A stretch of 63,494 bases of DNA, the filler included, from Neolecta irregularis DAH-3 (taxonomy: Eukaryota): assembly GCA_001929475.1 (NCBI GenBank). It is 14 parts of 14 records of this genome, joined end to end, with 100 filler letters (N's around TTAATTAATTAA, not from the genome) between each part and the next. Parts side by side here need not be neighbours in the genome. Positions count along the whole stretch, not along the records: positions 50,078 to 59,273 come from LXFE01000591.1; positions 59,374 to 63,494 come from LXFE01000594.1; 12 more parts are not named here. One strand, 5' to 3'. Below are positions 51,916-63,494 of this stretch, piece by piece. Every line of letters begins with the position of its first letter. Positions within the stretch are counted from its first letter, which is position 1. Made by a program: the position numbers and the translations under genes. The notes beneath the pieces were generated by a model, which was given only the letters and a program-made list of their open reading frames with translations, was not told the origin of the DNA and ran no database searches.

Positions 51916-53200
51916 CTAGCTTGCGAACCCCAAAATACCGATGGTCACTTTATCCAATTGAACAACTATTTTTTGTGCCTTGATGATATACCCATCAATA
52001 CAAACTTCATCCATTTTGTCTTGCTAAAAAGTGAGCGGAGTATCGTCCTGAATCATACGATCTCAACTGTAACTTTATCAGTAGTAATTACACTGACCCC
52101 ATCACTTTCTATGATGCCTCCATGGTACGCTTCCCTTAGCTTCTGTTCAACGTCGCCCGAGGAGGAAATATGAAGAACTTTGAACGGACCATCGAGTTTT
52201 GCAGTCGGACATGGTATAAACATTGTCTCAAGACGAGGAACACGCGAAATGAGTAAATATTTAGTATCGCATAGTCTTTTTGAATCAGTAGAAACAACCC
52301 CCTTGTAAACATTATTCTCCCCTAGTAATTTATGCGCAATAACCTAAAGGATAATCAGAAATTCCTGCTGGGTGAGTATACTTTAAATCGATTGATTCCA
52401 ACATGGTCTCGTAAATTCTCACTTTGTGAAACTATTTGAGCGTGAAAACCCCAGGATACGACCACCCCAGCCTTGATTGTCTCTTGCCATGATCCATAGA
52501 GTGTGACACAAAGGGGGGTCAAATTGCGTTTCACACCTACCGTGAACGCTCGAATTCCATCTCTGATGCTGTAAATACCCACACTCGAAGCTAATGCATT
52601 CGCGGTCCCACATGGAATCAAACAGACATCAAATTCACCCGCCTCGTAACAATTTAATAAATCATGAAACACCCCGTCGCCGGAAAGTAACATAAACAAA
52701 GGTCTTTCTTCGTGAAAATTAGTTTCCTCGATATATCGCTTCATCGAAGACATCGAGTCGAGTGTACATTGAAGATATTGAATATCTGTACTGACCAGAA
52801 ACGGCTTTATCGTTTTTTCAAAGATGGAGGCTGCGGAATGGGAACCGGAAATAGGTGACATCAGTACGTGAAGTGGAACTTCGTGTTTTTTCGTACGATA
52901 TATTTGGATAAGCGTATTGGGCACCCCGGAAACAACTTTGGATTCAATCGTCTCACGTTCCTCATCCCAATAAAATAATCGATAGATGTCTCCCGACTTC
53001 TCTTCGTCTTCACTTTCTGATAACGCGGATGAGAGGTGATGGAGATATAAGAGATTCAAGTCGAGGATTTTCAAAGTTGAATCGGGTGATTTGATTTCGA
53101 GGTGATGCTGATTTTTCATCATTTGTCGATAGAAGACAAACTCGACGGGCTCATAGTCGCAGAGACCTTTAGTTCCCAGCGATCCAGAGATAACAGGCAT
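51916..53200 (-). CDS. Diacylglycerol/sphingosine kinase family protein
   Basis: LMSPISGSHSA, LLSGDGVFHDLLN, IPCGTANALA, VVSWGFHA, GINRFK, C-terminal VCIDG after two short introns. Confidence 0.85.
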
Positions 53201-53851
53201 TTCCGCAGTCAGTGTGTATCTGGGTCAAGGTACTATTGATGTTTAGCGATATTCGGAGACAAGTGACGATGTTCTGGAAATCGTGAGGGAGATTGGCCAC
53301 CTAAAGAAGATTGAATTGCTGGCGGGGTAAGCGCAAATTGAGGTTGCTTCCTCACGGCAGACATTCATTCCCGGATATTACCGACGAGCCATCTAATTAC
53401 ATAATTAGGGAAAAAGTGCTCACTTTGCCAATATATTATTCAATTTTCAAGATCTAGCGTTAATGGCCATTCCTAGTGCTAATAGGAAGAACCCGTGAAG
53501 TGCCATTTTTCTGTCTCTGGGAATCAGCCGTAGGAGCTTATGAAAAAGTCTAATTATATATCGGGTTCATCTGTTTTTAGTTCCAAATATACGTCAAGTA
53601 ACCCCGCAATGTGGGTTCTATATAAAGTGTCTTGTTAGAAAATAAAATTTCACAGGTCCTCACCCCACAAGATGTACTGTTTATTACACCTTGAGAAAGA
53701 TTTCGAAATGAATCCCAATTTTGTCGGATCATTTCCATATACTCAGTCTATGAAGTGAAAATTCATAAATAGAGCACATTCTTGACGTAATCTGGCTACG
53801 CTATACACAGGATGGGTTGTTCAATTGTCTTGGACTAGCTAGGAATCCTGT

Positions 53852-54652
53852 TCAACAGGTTTGATTACCAAGCTCGGCCAGCTTTTCCATGGCTGGTCGA
53901 CCGACAAGTTTCTTTGTCTTGATTGTAACCCATCTCCCAGAGTGATCAAAAATCTCCTCAATGCTGCTCAGGAATCTTGCGCGAAGAATTTCATCGATCG
54001 TTCGTGTATATCCATGTGACTTATACCACCCGGGAATTGCGTCATCCGAATTTCCTTCATCTGTATGAAGTATCCAGATAGTATAAATCGGTGCTGAAGG
54101 ATCAAACATCGGTGATTCATGAGCATCGGAAACATGTCTTTCAATCTTAATCGCAGACCGATCCCAGATCAGTCGTTGTTGGCTTTGTAGATAGCATTTG
54201 GCGATAGTCCGAGGGATGAAATCGTCATCAAGGACGACATATAATTCTAGCGGGCGATTGCCTTGGTGATACTTGACGGATCCCAGGTATGGAACATTTG
54301 TCTCAACAACCTTGGAAGCCTTGGACTGTCTCTCTACAGTCGAGCCCACATCTGAAATTCCTCGACGATCTCCTGCGTTGTTTTGCGAAAGATGAGATAG
54401 CTTTTCGACTGCCTCGGTAAACATTGCGTTGACTACGGCAGTTTCAACTACAGTGGCATGTCTTCGTCGATCGACATCGGTTTGCGTCATTCTATCGACA
54501 AAAGCTTTCTTTGGCTGCAATTCAGTTTTTCGTGAAAGTGGATTTTTCCGGAGAGTATTAGTGCTCTGGTATTGTTTATCGCGCTCATTGAAGTAGTAAT
54601 AAACCAGGCCAAAGACCAGGCCGAGTACGAGAAGATGAATAAAAAACGACAT
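53852..54652 (-). CDS. Hypothetical protein with N-terminal membrane anchor; 3' end uncertain
   Basis: 266-aa ORF from ATG, N-terminal helix FFIHLLVLGLVFGLVYYYF. Confidence 0.6.
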   Translation of the reverse strand: MSFFIHLLVLGLVFGLVYYYFNERDKQYQSTNTLRKNPLSRKTELQPKKAFVDRMTQTDVDRRRHATVVETAVVNAMFTEAVEKLSHLSQNNAGDRRGISDVGSTVERQSKASKVVETNVPYLGSVKYHQGNRPLELYVVLDDDFIPRTIAKCYLQSQQRLIWDRSAIKIERHVSDAHESPMFDPSAPIYTIWILHTDEGNSDDAIPGWYKSHGYTRTIDEILRARFLSSIEEIFDHSGRWVTIKTKKLVGRPAMEKLAELGNQTC

Positions 54653-57600
54653 TTCTGCAGAACCTTAACACAAGAGATTCGTTTCGAGAGAAAGCAGAAT
54701 CTTTATCCAGGAGGGTGTCAATCCTTCTCATTTATTAATATCACTTTGATCAAGGATCCACGTATTGGCTTCGTGTTCATTCTATAACAACCACCGAGAT
54801 TAAACCACGTACTCCTATTCCTTGCACAGACCAATCACGGCATTCCGCCAAGCTCCACTCATGCTATTTCAATTAATCCATACGAATTGAATGCTTAACA
54901 TTGGCTATCACTTGTACTCTACCTGAACCTTACACCTGATTGAAAAATGGACGAAACAGGATCTGTCAACCAATGGCGGCTCAAAAATGGGGGGGAGTGG
55001 TGGGTGCTATGGAAACCTCCGCAATCCTCAATACAGGGAAAGCACGCTTTTCGATTTAGAAGGCGGCGATATTACAGCATCGCAGTAACCCCAACTACTT
55101 GGTCGATCTTGAATTTCAAGTAATTAAGAAATTTAGAATAACCTTGTATCAATCTCATTACATTGTCCACAATACCTTCATGTTACTATTTTGAACAGTT
55201 TGACATTAAGAAGCAAGGTATGGAGCTCGATATCGTCGAAGGAATATCATAGCTCTATTCATCTATTGTGAACTTTCGAAGGCAGCTCTGAAAATCTTTT
55301 CCGAAGGTTCGAGCTCCACTCGACTGTAAGTTTCTTCAAAGTGAATTAACGAGAGATGATGCTATCAAACCATATGGCATGGCGCTATACTGAGATATAC
55401 ATGATTCGATTCTGAACTAGAAGATTGACGTTGCGATCATTACATTAGCTGAAGCGACAAGATTGATAAGATAAGAAACATTGGACAACAAACTTTTGCT
55501 TGACAGCAAAAAGTGATTCTGTTTCTAGATGCTTGGTCATCAAATGAAAACGCGTCTAGCACGGTTCCGAATCATTGACAGCTCGTGCTATCTTGTCAAT
55601 CATAACTCGGACAGATTAGCCCGGGTTTTACCTTGATGATCCCGTCATCAATGAAACTCTCTTGCAGCGGTATACAATGAAAACACAATGTTTCAAAGCA
55701 TCTTCATGATGAAATGCGAGTATTTTGACACTACTTATGAGTGCGTTGCCCAGCTTCATATCTTTCCCCCGATTTTCTCAAGAAGGAATCATCGAATTAG
55801 GTATTTGCAAAATTTGATAATGATTCTCACTGATAACTGAAATGGAAAAGCTCCCCTCAAATTCAGGGAGATTCTTCGAGCTGTACAGGAATTCACCAAA
55901 AGCAAAGAATACATTTATGATTGTTTCTAGCGCTCTAGATAACAAAGAACGACGTTTTCTTGGTCTTGAATAAACCATTGGGCTTCGATTATGACCTCTC
56001 ACTGTTGTTATTTCTCAATTGCGTTCGTTATTTAACTCGTAGTTTCAACTTTCATTACAATATTTTCATTGAGTTGATGATAAACGAGTGAATCGATAGC
56101 AGCTAAATTTTTCCCACTATTGACGTTTCGTGGCTCTATTCTTGAGTTGGTAATATCCTTGCCAGTCTCACAACGGACTTGATCATTCGTACGCTTTTCC
56201 AGGAATCGGGATCTGATGGTGAGTAGTAAATGTATTCGGTACCTTTTAATCATCAATGGAAGTAGCCTTGAAAGTGATAATATGCCAAACGAGAGACCGG
56301 TTGACAAGTCGAGATTTGCATCTTCCCAATGTCCATAACAACTGCAAAGGTTCAGAAACAGTATTCATCTCCCTTGTACTTGCGACCTCTGATAGTGCAT
56401 GAGAATGTTGAAGTTCAGGATTGAATGTGCCGTGTATAGTTATTCTCAAAAAACCACTGGAGAACGAAGCCTGTAGGGCGTGTAATTCTTTCAACTTAAG
56501 AACAAGAACTACTATTAGAAGAGCCGAGTTGTAGATACTACGAATCTGTGGGACATCTTTAGATATCATTCCTCAAGATTTCTTAGGATTGTTATCGATA
56601 ATTATTCAATTAAAAAAGCAAGGTGGAGAGGACTTTGTTATTCTGAATCTTGAATGTCCAGTGAATTATCTTTCTAAAATTTCATCTCGTGTCTTTGTCT
56701 ATAATAACTCGTGTCAACATGCTCGTCAATAGTTATGATTCTGGGCCGGTCCAGAGCAGAACAGACTACCTAGGGCTTACAAAACTTATTTTCCACCTGT
56801 TTGGCAAAACGCTTATTCTTGTTGGGATAAGTATATATATCAAGCGCGGCCACAAAAAGCAATTGACTATGTACGTTGTCTATACGCCTCAACAGATCAA
56901 GAAACCTTGCATCCCTCAAATTTCAGAATCTGTTAATGCAATATGAATCAAACCAGTCATACGTATGTCCGCACACATAGTGCTCTTAATCGACATTGGT
57001 CGTTGGACCCAATGAAAAGGTGATGATTATCGAAACGGTTTGCTCAGTATCCACGAGTTATCATAACATATATAATGCTAGAGATTCCAAAGTGTGGATA
57101 TACTAAAATGGTTTCTCATTTCCCTTCTGAAGGTATAGTTCCGTATAGAACGAAAATCTCGACCAATAACTGTTTTCGTTTCAAGTCAGTGATTACGCAT
57201 GCTCCGTAATCCAGCCATTCATTCCATCCCTGACATTGACTCGGATATATGTGAATCATGTGGCACTGATTCTACCTGGAGATCTATTCTGAGTATCTCT
57301 AACGCCCTTTTTCCATCTACTAGCGCTTTCTATCCTTCTGGATATCGTGACCAACAGACCAGTGTTTAAATTCCTCGTGTTTCAATAGTTATCTAGCGAT
57401 TGGTACCTATGAGAATGTATTCTCACTACTAAAGTACCACGAATCACATTAACTTGTATCTCCGGTGACGCGAGGTCAATCTAACATAAATACTGGCTAG
57501 CATCCGCTTCAGCTTCCTCAATCATGCTCAAAATGTCCATTATGAACGCGTTGTATTCATGCTGGCAGAATATGACCCAACTCAACTGCAGTGTTCTTGT

Positions 57601-58644
57601 GAATATGTTATTATTCGGAATTTTACTTTACCAGCTTCGAAGTTCTCAGAAGAATGAAATAAAGACCAGGTATGGAATTCATTAACTCAACGGACTGATT
57701 TACAGCAGCCTCGATATGGAACCCAAAATAAATCTTACTCAAAGTTTTCCTTCAGTACCTCGTCCGAATTCACCTTTGCTCCGTCGCCACTCCTATCCCG
57801 TTTATGATCCTCATCCAGTTTCCAAATGTGCTGACTCGGAATCTGGAATCCTTCTTCCATTTAAAAATGCCTCACTTTCTGGTTCGACACTAATGATTCC
57901 GAACGATGGGACTAAAGACACTCCGAACTTCAAACTTTTCGTAGCGGCCTTTGGTCTATCTTCTAAGCAATTACCTCCAAAAGAAATCTTTAAGCGAAAG
58001 TCTATCCCGCTTAAGGATCTTCGATCCGTTTCTTGGCTGCCTTTCACAGGGAAATGGCGATCTAGAAATTAATAAGTATCACTTGAATGACTCACGAGTA
58101 TGACGAACGATTGAAGGGTATATATTTGTTGCAATGCTTAAACTATCAGTGTAATCTGCACACATCCACGATATATTTTCTGTGTCTCTACTATTATACT
58201 TCGAAGGATCTGGGAGGGCAGAATCTTCGATATTTGAAAGATTCAAGTATGTAAATCAAGAATACAATCTCTACTATACTAGTGCTGACAGACTCAATCA
58301 TGGTGATGTGATATCCTGAGCCATCTTCAGGCAAGTCCTGCAACGCGTCCAAAGAAGCCGGGGAGAATGATTCGGATTGGCCTGGCAAGTTTCATAATGC
58401 CTTGTGAGCGACTGATCCCTCAAGTGGGCGCTTCATTATGGTTGGCCAGGAAACAGTGAGAAATATACCAAGGAAGATTGCAATTGTACATTTTTATTCT
58501 TGTAAGCATGGTGCTCCATCAAGAAGCTAGTCTAGATGGGGCAGTGTATTTAAATATAGGGTGCGTTGGCCAGTCACCATTTTGACCAAAATATGACGTT
58601 TTGACGTAATATTTCCATATTACGTAATAAGATTGCGTTCGGCG

Positions 58645-58830
58645 TGTCACACACAGGTTGTAGCTTAATGTTTATAGGGAGTTTGTAGTTGTAGCTTGGT
58701 CGTAATAGATTGGTTGGTTATTGGCGAGCACGGTGATATTGGGCTTCCGGATCTTTGGAGATCCAGTGTTGCTGTAAGTATTGAAGCCCAGATACGAATA
58801 AGACTAGGTTATATTGTTTCTAGCCTAAGT
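58645..58830 (+). mobile_element. Solo-LTR-like repeat related to 1085-1460
   Basis: Starts TGTCAC; shares the taatagattg..attggcgagcacggtgatattgg core. Confidence 0.45.
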
Positions 58831-59139
58831 ATTCCTTTCCCAACCTCCACTCCTCCTCATTAATTATTACAATTACATCTTTATATTATCATCTTCTTGG
58901 AGTTTTTGTTCACTGGCACAAATTGGTCATACTTTAACATTGCCACCTGCCTTTTCACCTTTGTCTTCTTATTTAAATATGGTGATTTGTGAGACCTTGG
59001 AACAAAAGTGGAACATGGGATTCCATATAGCTACTTTTTTGGAATTAAATCTTGCATTTTCTAAATCTGTGATATCTAATTGTACTATTTGCTCATTAGT
59101 TTCCATTTTTAATAGATGGTGTTGGAGAAATTTCGGTTT

Positions 59140-59273
59140 TGGGGAATTTCGTACGTTTTGGAAGGGGTGTCGACTTCCGGGGGTGTCGACTTCTAGGGTC
59201 ACGAGCTTATAACTTTGAGCAAATTGCAAATCAATTCATAGTTGAACAACAAACCAACGTATTCAAACGAAAC
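59140..59273 (+). mobile_element. Repeat family A copy preceded by doubled ggggtgtcgacttc motif, cut by gap
   Basis: aactttgagcaaattgcaaatcaattca..ttgaacaac..accaacgtattcaaacgaaac matches 833-897. Confidence 0.75.
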
Positions 59274-60118
59274 NNNNNNNNNNNNNNNNNNNNNNNNNNN
59301 NNNNNNNNNNNNNNNNNTTAATTAATTAANNNNNNNNNNNNNNNNNNNNNNNNNNNNNNNNNNNNNNNNNNNNGAAACAAAACAGAGACGTCTACAAGAA
59401 TAATACTCACACAATTATCTTGACATGTGAATGTGAATGAGGATGATAATGTTAGATGACCTACTGCGATATTGTGCGGTGGAACACATTATAAGACATA
59501 CGATTACTTAACAGGTAACGGGCATTTGGAGGACCTTCATGTCACTTTTCTGGCCCAAAAATGTCATCTGATTACAAAGATGGGGAATTGTAACAGAATT
59601 CGTGTCAATGACATTATCCAGGGTCAATTATAACAGTACTTACTATTATGCAAGTATCACGGGACTCGTAGGAATCCGGGATAGGGAGACTGCAACCTGT
59701 GTTTCGTTTATTCTAATATCGGGAATATGTTTTCCAACGGTAAAAAAGGAGGCTTCCTACCTGAGACAGATGCTTCAGGGAGGTGTTAGTGTGTTTCGGC
59801 GGTTTTTGAGAATCCGGGATCCAGTCTAGCCATGGCGTTGAACAGATTGTCATCTTGGATAAATACTAGATAATAGGGTTTGTTATATAGCATGTTGCCG
59901 AATTCACTGTCTACGTTGTCTCTCAAACAGGTGTTTTGCCAATTTCTGCTGCAAAAGAAAAGAGGGTTGGGATTTTTAGGGCGATCTGCGGATGTTTGGT
60001 TGATAGCAATAGTGTAAGGATTTACCTTAAGGGTGATTTATTTGATATGCGGATCAAACCCTCGACCACAACCACTTTCTCCCCTATTGCTCACCTCCAA
60101 TCGCTCCTTTTCCTCAGC

Positions 60119-63100
60119 ATGCTTTCCATACCAGGCATAATAATATGTTGCATTGGTATTCCGCTGACATATTTACAGATCCTGCCTATATCTCGTTGAC
60201 CTCCGCAAGAGCAATCATTAATTTACCCGGCGGATCACGTTCTTTGGAGATCAATACCGCTTCTTTACGTCTCATTAATACATTTCTCGATCATTTGCTT
60301 TATACATTTCTTGTGAGGTCGAAAAGCACTGGCCTGCCTTCACTTCGAGCCGCGATAGCGAAAAGCCTCCCGGCTAAATTGGGAACCGCCGCAATGGCTG
60401 AAGCGGAAGCAGAACTACGGACGTATGTGGGAGAAGAAGACACAGATAATGGCAAAGAAGGACTTTCGGATTCCGAGATTGAGAAAGTCTGGAAAGCCGC
60501 GAGATGCAAGTATATTACCTATCACCGAGGTCCAAGCAGCTCACCCCCAAGATGCATGATATATTCAACACTGGGCTCCTGCGAGGAATCAGATCTGCCA
60601 CACTCAAGAGAAGGGGAAATTGCACCACCTTCCGCAATTTACCTGACCGCAATCCTCGAGTTCATTGGCGAACATGCACTTATGACTGTTTCTCGAACAG
60701 CTGTTGCAATTGTCGAAGAATCAGACGTCGAGAGAGGACTTGCCACAGATGAAATGACTAGCCGTATGTATCGTCGTTGGAGAAAGAGTGAAAGACGTCA
60801 AATATCACAAAGCACCATATCCAGACCGAATCGAAGCAGAACATTAGAAAATCTACAACTCGACAGAATCAAATCACCTTCGACAGATGGATTAAATAGG
60901 TCGATTATACCTATAGCAACCCAGAGCGAGCCAAGAGTTCCAATTGCACTATCTACGCCGGTCGTTAGAAAGTCGCACTCTATTGAAATAAAACAATCTT
61001 CCGTTATGGCTAATTCCTCTGAATCATCTTTGGTTCCTCGAATTAGTTCTGAGAAACGCTACTCACTGTTTCCGAATATGACTCCATTCATGTCTACTCC
61101 ACAAAGCATGTCTGCTCACGAATATCGAACGCCAGATCTCGGGTATGCAGATGACATTGAAGTTAGCGATATTGAAAAGGAGATTGGATGTCTCGCAATA
61201 GTACAAATCCATATCCCCAATGTATCTGAACTTGTAGCCATTTGATGTCCCAAGACAACCATCAAGTGAAGCGAATCCTCTCCTCGAAGCGTCTCTATCC
61301 CGTTCATCAAGTCTTCCTGAGGCTTTTCAAACGATTTTAAGTACTGAAAGTAAAGCTTCTGTCTCAGGGGCTTTTGCAGGACCGATCGGTCATGCTAGTT
61401 CAAAAGATGGTAAAATTGCTTTATTCCTACAGCCAATGATTTCAATAATAGACCGCTCTCGTCACGAGTTTTCAGCGCCGGTTTTGAATGCGCATTCTGA
61501 AGAAATACTTGGGGGAGGCGAGAATAAGGAAATACCCGAGACACCCCTCCGGGAAAGGTCGGATGAGGGTAACACATCAACATCACATCCAGGAACTTTG
61601 TCAGTCAAAAGTTCCCAACAGTCCCTTCGATCACATCCATGGAACCATCCACGAGAAAAGCTGTCATCCAGTGTTTCATGTCCGACTGCCCTAGATTTTA
61701 ATAAAGAACAGCTCACACATCGTCGTTCTAATTCGACGATTGATTGGAAACCTTCATACAGCGACGTGGAGAAAACATTTTTAGGTGGCAAAACTGGTAG
61801 AGGTATGGGTCGTCGAAGAAGTCAGACCGATCCTTACGATCTACCTGGACGAAACAGATTAATTGAGAGGACAGATAGTATATATGTAAAATCATTTTGC
61901 CATTAATTGATTAGGTGCTAAAGATTTCGAACAATTAATACGGAGCAATGAAACATGGAAAATTACCCTTAAGCCAGGTTATTCAGAGTGCGACAGGGTA
62001 CGTTAATTTCTTTTTCATTTCCTGTCTTTTTACACAGGGTGTCGTATGATCATTCACTCAGCCCCTGGCAGGGTTATGAGGCAGGGTTATGACATCTTGA
62101 AGTAAGTTTAATGACCTGGATATCAAGACATTCTTCTATTTAGATGTTTCATTTGGTTCCACGGATTCTATGCTTGACCATGACCATACCCTAATTCTTT
62201 TTCATATCACGTTTGAATTAAGCTGACTTTCAAGGGAAATTATATTAAAGGAACAATACCCTGTATTACCACTCCATCTTCTTGGGCCAATTTGCCTTTT
62301 CAATCCATTGACGGACCCGAACATTTGCATGCACAAAGGGCCTCGAAAGTATCATTCAACTCCACAGATGACAAATCTGCAATAATCATACTAAGATCAA
62401 CATCGCCATCTCTACACCTATCGGCTTCTGATTCAGATGAAATAAACAGCTTATCGTCGAAACCGCTTAGCCAAAAGTATACCGCACGCGATGCGAAAAT
62501 CCCTCGCTCATCAACTATGGAGCTCGCGGACTTCTTCCGGTTGACAGGTCCTGCTACTCTTCCAACCCAGAATACCTCCAAGTATCGCAATAGACTGGTC
62601 TCAAATCTAACTTTTTCAAGTATCCAATCTTGCAGTATTTACGAGGGTCTATCGCCCAAGGTCAGAAAAATGAAGGAAGAAAAACTTGTAGATTTCCTCA
62701 ACAACACAGCTCCTCCTTCTCCAGCCTCTTGTCGACAGTCCGCCCCCGGCCGCAGGAAGAGTGTTGTCTCGCTATTTAGACGCAAAACAGGTCAAACTGT
62801 CGCGAAATGGGACGAAAATGCGAAATCAAATTCTCCAAAATCGGGGCGAGCACCTCATTTATCACTCGATGTTGGCACGCACTTTAATTCCTTAAACGAC
62901 TCACTTGCAGCGAGGACGACTTTACTCTTGAGTGGACCAAATTGTTGCAATTCTTTTAAAAATCACAAGGGATCGCGAGAACATGATACATATCAACACC
63001 GACATTTGGATGCCTCATTCAGGTCTAGGAGTTCTGAGAACATAATAGTTGAGGGTGATGAGAGTTCCGATTATAACTTTCAGCCCGGAATGACCAAACA

Positions 63101-63230
63101 CATCCGATCTGGAAAACAAGAAAGTCTTGCAGAGTTTTTGAAGAGTACAATGCCAGCTCGTTCTCCTCTATCTGCCAAGGAATTCTCGACAAACGCACGA
63201 CAGTCTCAAGAACACGAAGGTGGAGACTAG
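60119..63230 (+). CDS. Uncharacterised fungal protein with N-terminal histone-fold-like domain and C-terminal L-x-[DE]-F-[FL] repeats
   Basis: PAYIS, LINTFLDHLLYTFL, AEAELRTY, CMIYSTLG, PPSAIYLTAILEFIGEHAL (H2A-like helix), KDFEQLIRSNET, LADFFRLTGP / LVDFLNNTAPP / LAEFLKSTMP; start codon and exon joins inferred. Confidence 0.75.
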
Positions 63231-63494
63231 AAACCCGGAGACCCGAGCGCCGGTTCAAACAACTACAAATAAAAGATATCGGCAGTTAATTGAAGCATAA
63301 AAAAATAATAGAAGGTGGTGATGTGTTATTGAATTCCTTTGATTAAAATTCATGTCTTGTTTTTATTTTTCATCCTCGAACTTTGGACTGCATTAAGCAA
63401 GTATTAAATTATAACATGTTTTTAGTTATGCTTGGCAAACAGTTGAATCATTTCAAACACAGCCCAGAACCCTTTAGTGATACAGTGTCATTTT

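Overview
Eukaryotic (ascomycete fungal) draft-assembly window made of 14 pieces joined by an artificial 100-nt spacer (N44-TTAATTAATTAA-N44), so adjacency across spacers is not evidence of linkage. Gene content plus very compact, intron-dense genes suggest an early-diverging ascomycete (Taphrinomycotina, Neolecta-like; inference only). The core contig (7750-29080) carries a GATA-finger gene fragment, SMC1, SEC23, PHO13, CCR4, a LaeA-like methyltransferase, a GprM-like GPCR, PTA1 and PMT4. Other contigs carry NUM1/ApsA, a GPI-anchored cell-wall protein, EFM4, an MscS-like channel, a P450 pseudogene, a GT15 mannosyltransferase fragment, a Rog1-like lipase, a DAGK/sphingosine-kinase-like gene, a histone-fold protein, two Ty3/Gypsy remnants and several non-autonomous repeat families. 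Most notable: (1) introns are almost all 31-43 nt with weak donors, and conserved reading frames point to GC donors plus one GG donor (SMC1) and one GG acceptor (EFM4); (2) a tandem pair of secreted 4-Cys CFEM-like proteins has lost two whole disulfide pairs and shows a large excess of amino-acid changes; (3) the only long intron found has strong splice signals and contains a candidate poison exon. Exon boundaries were deduced by eye and are not transcript-validated.
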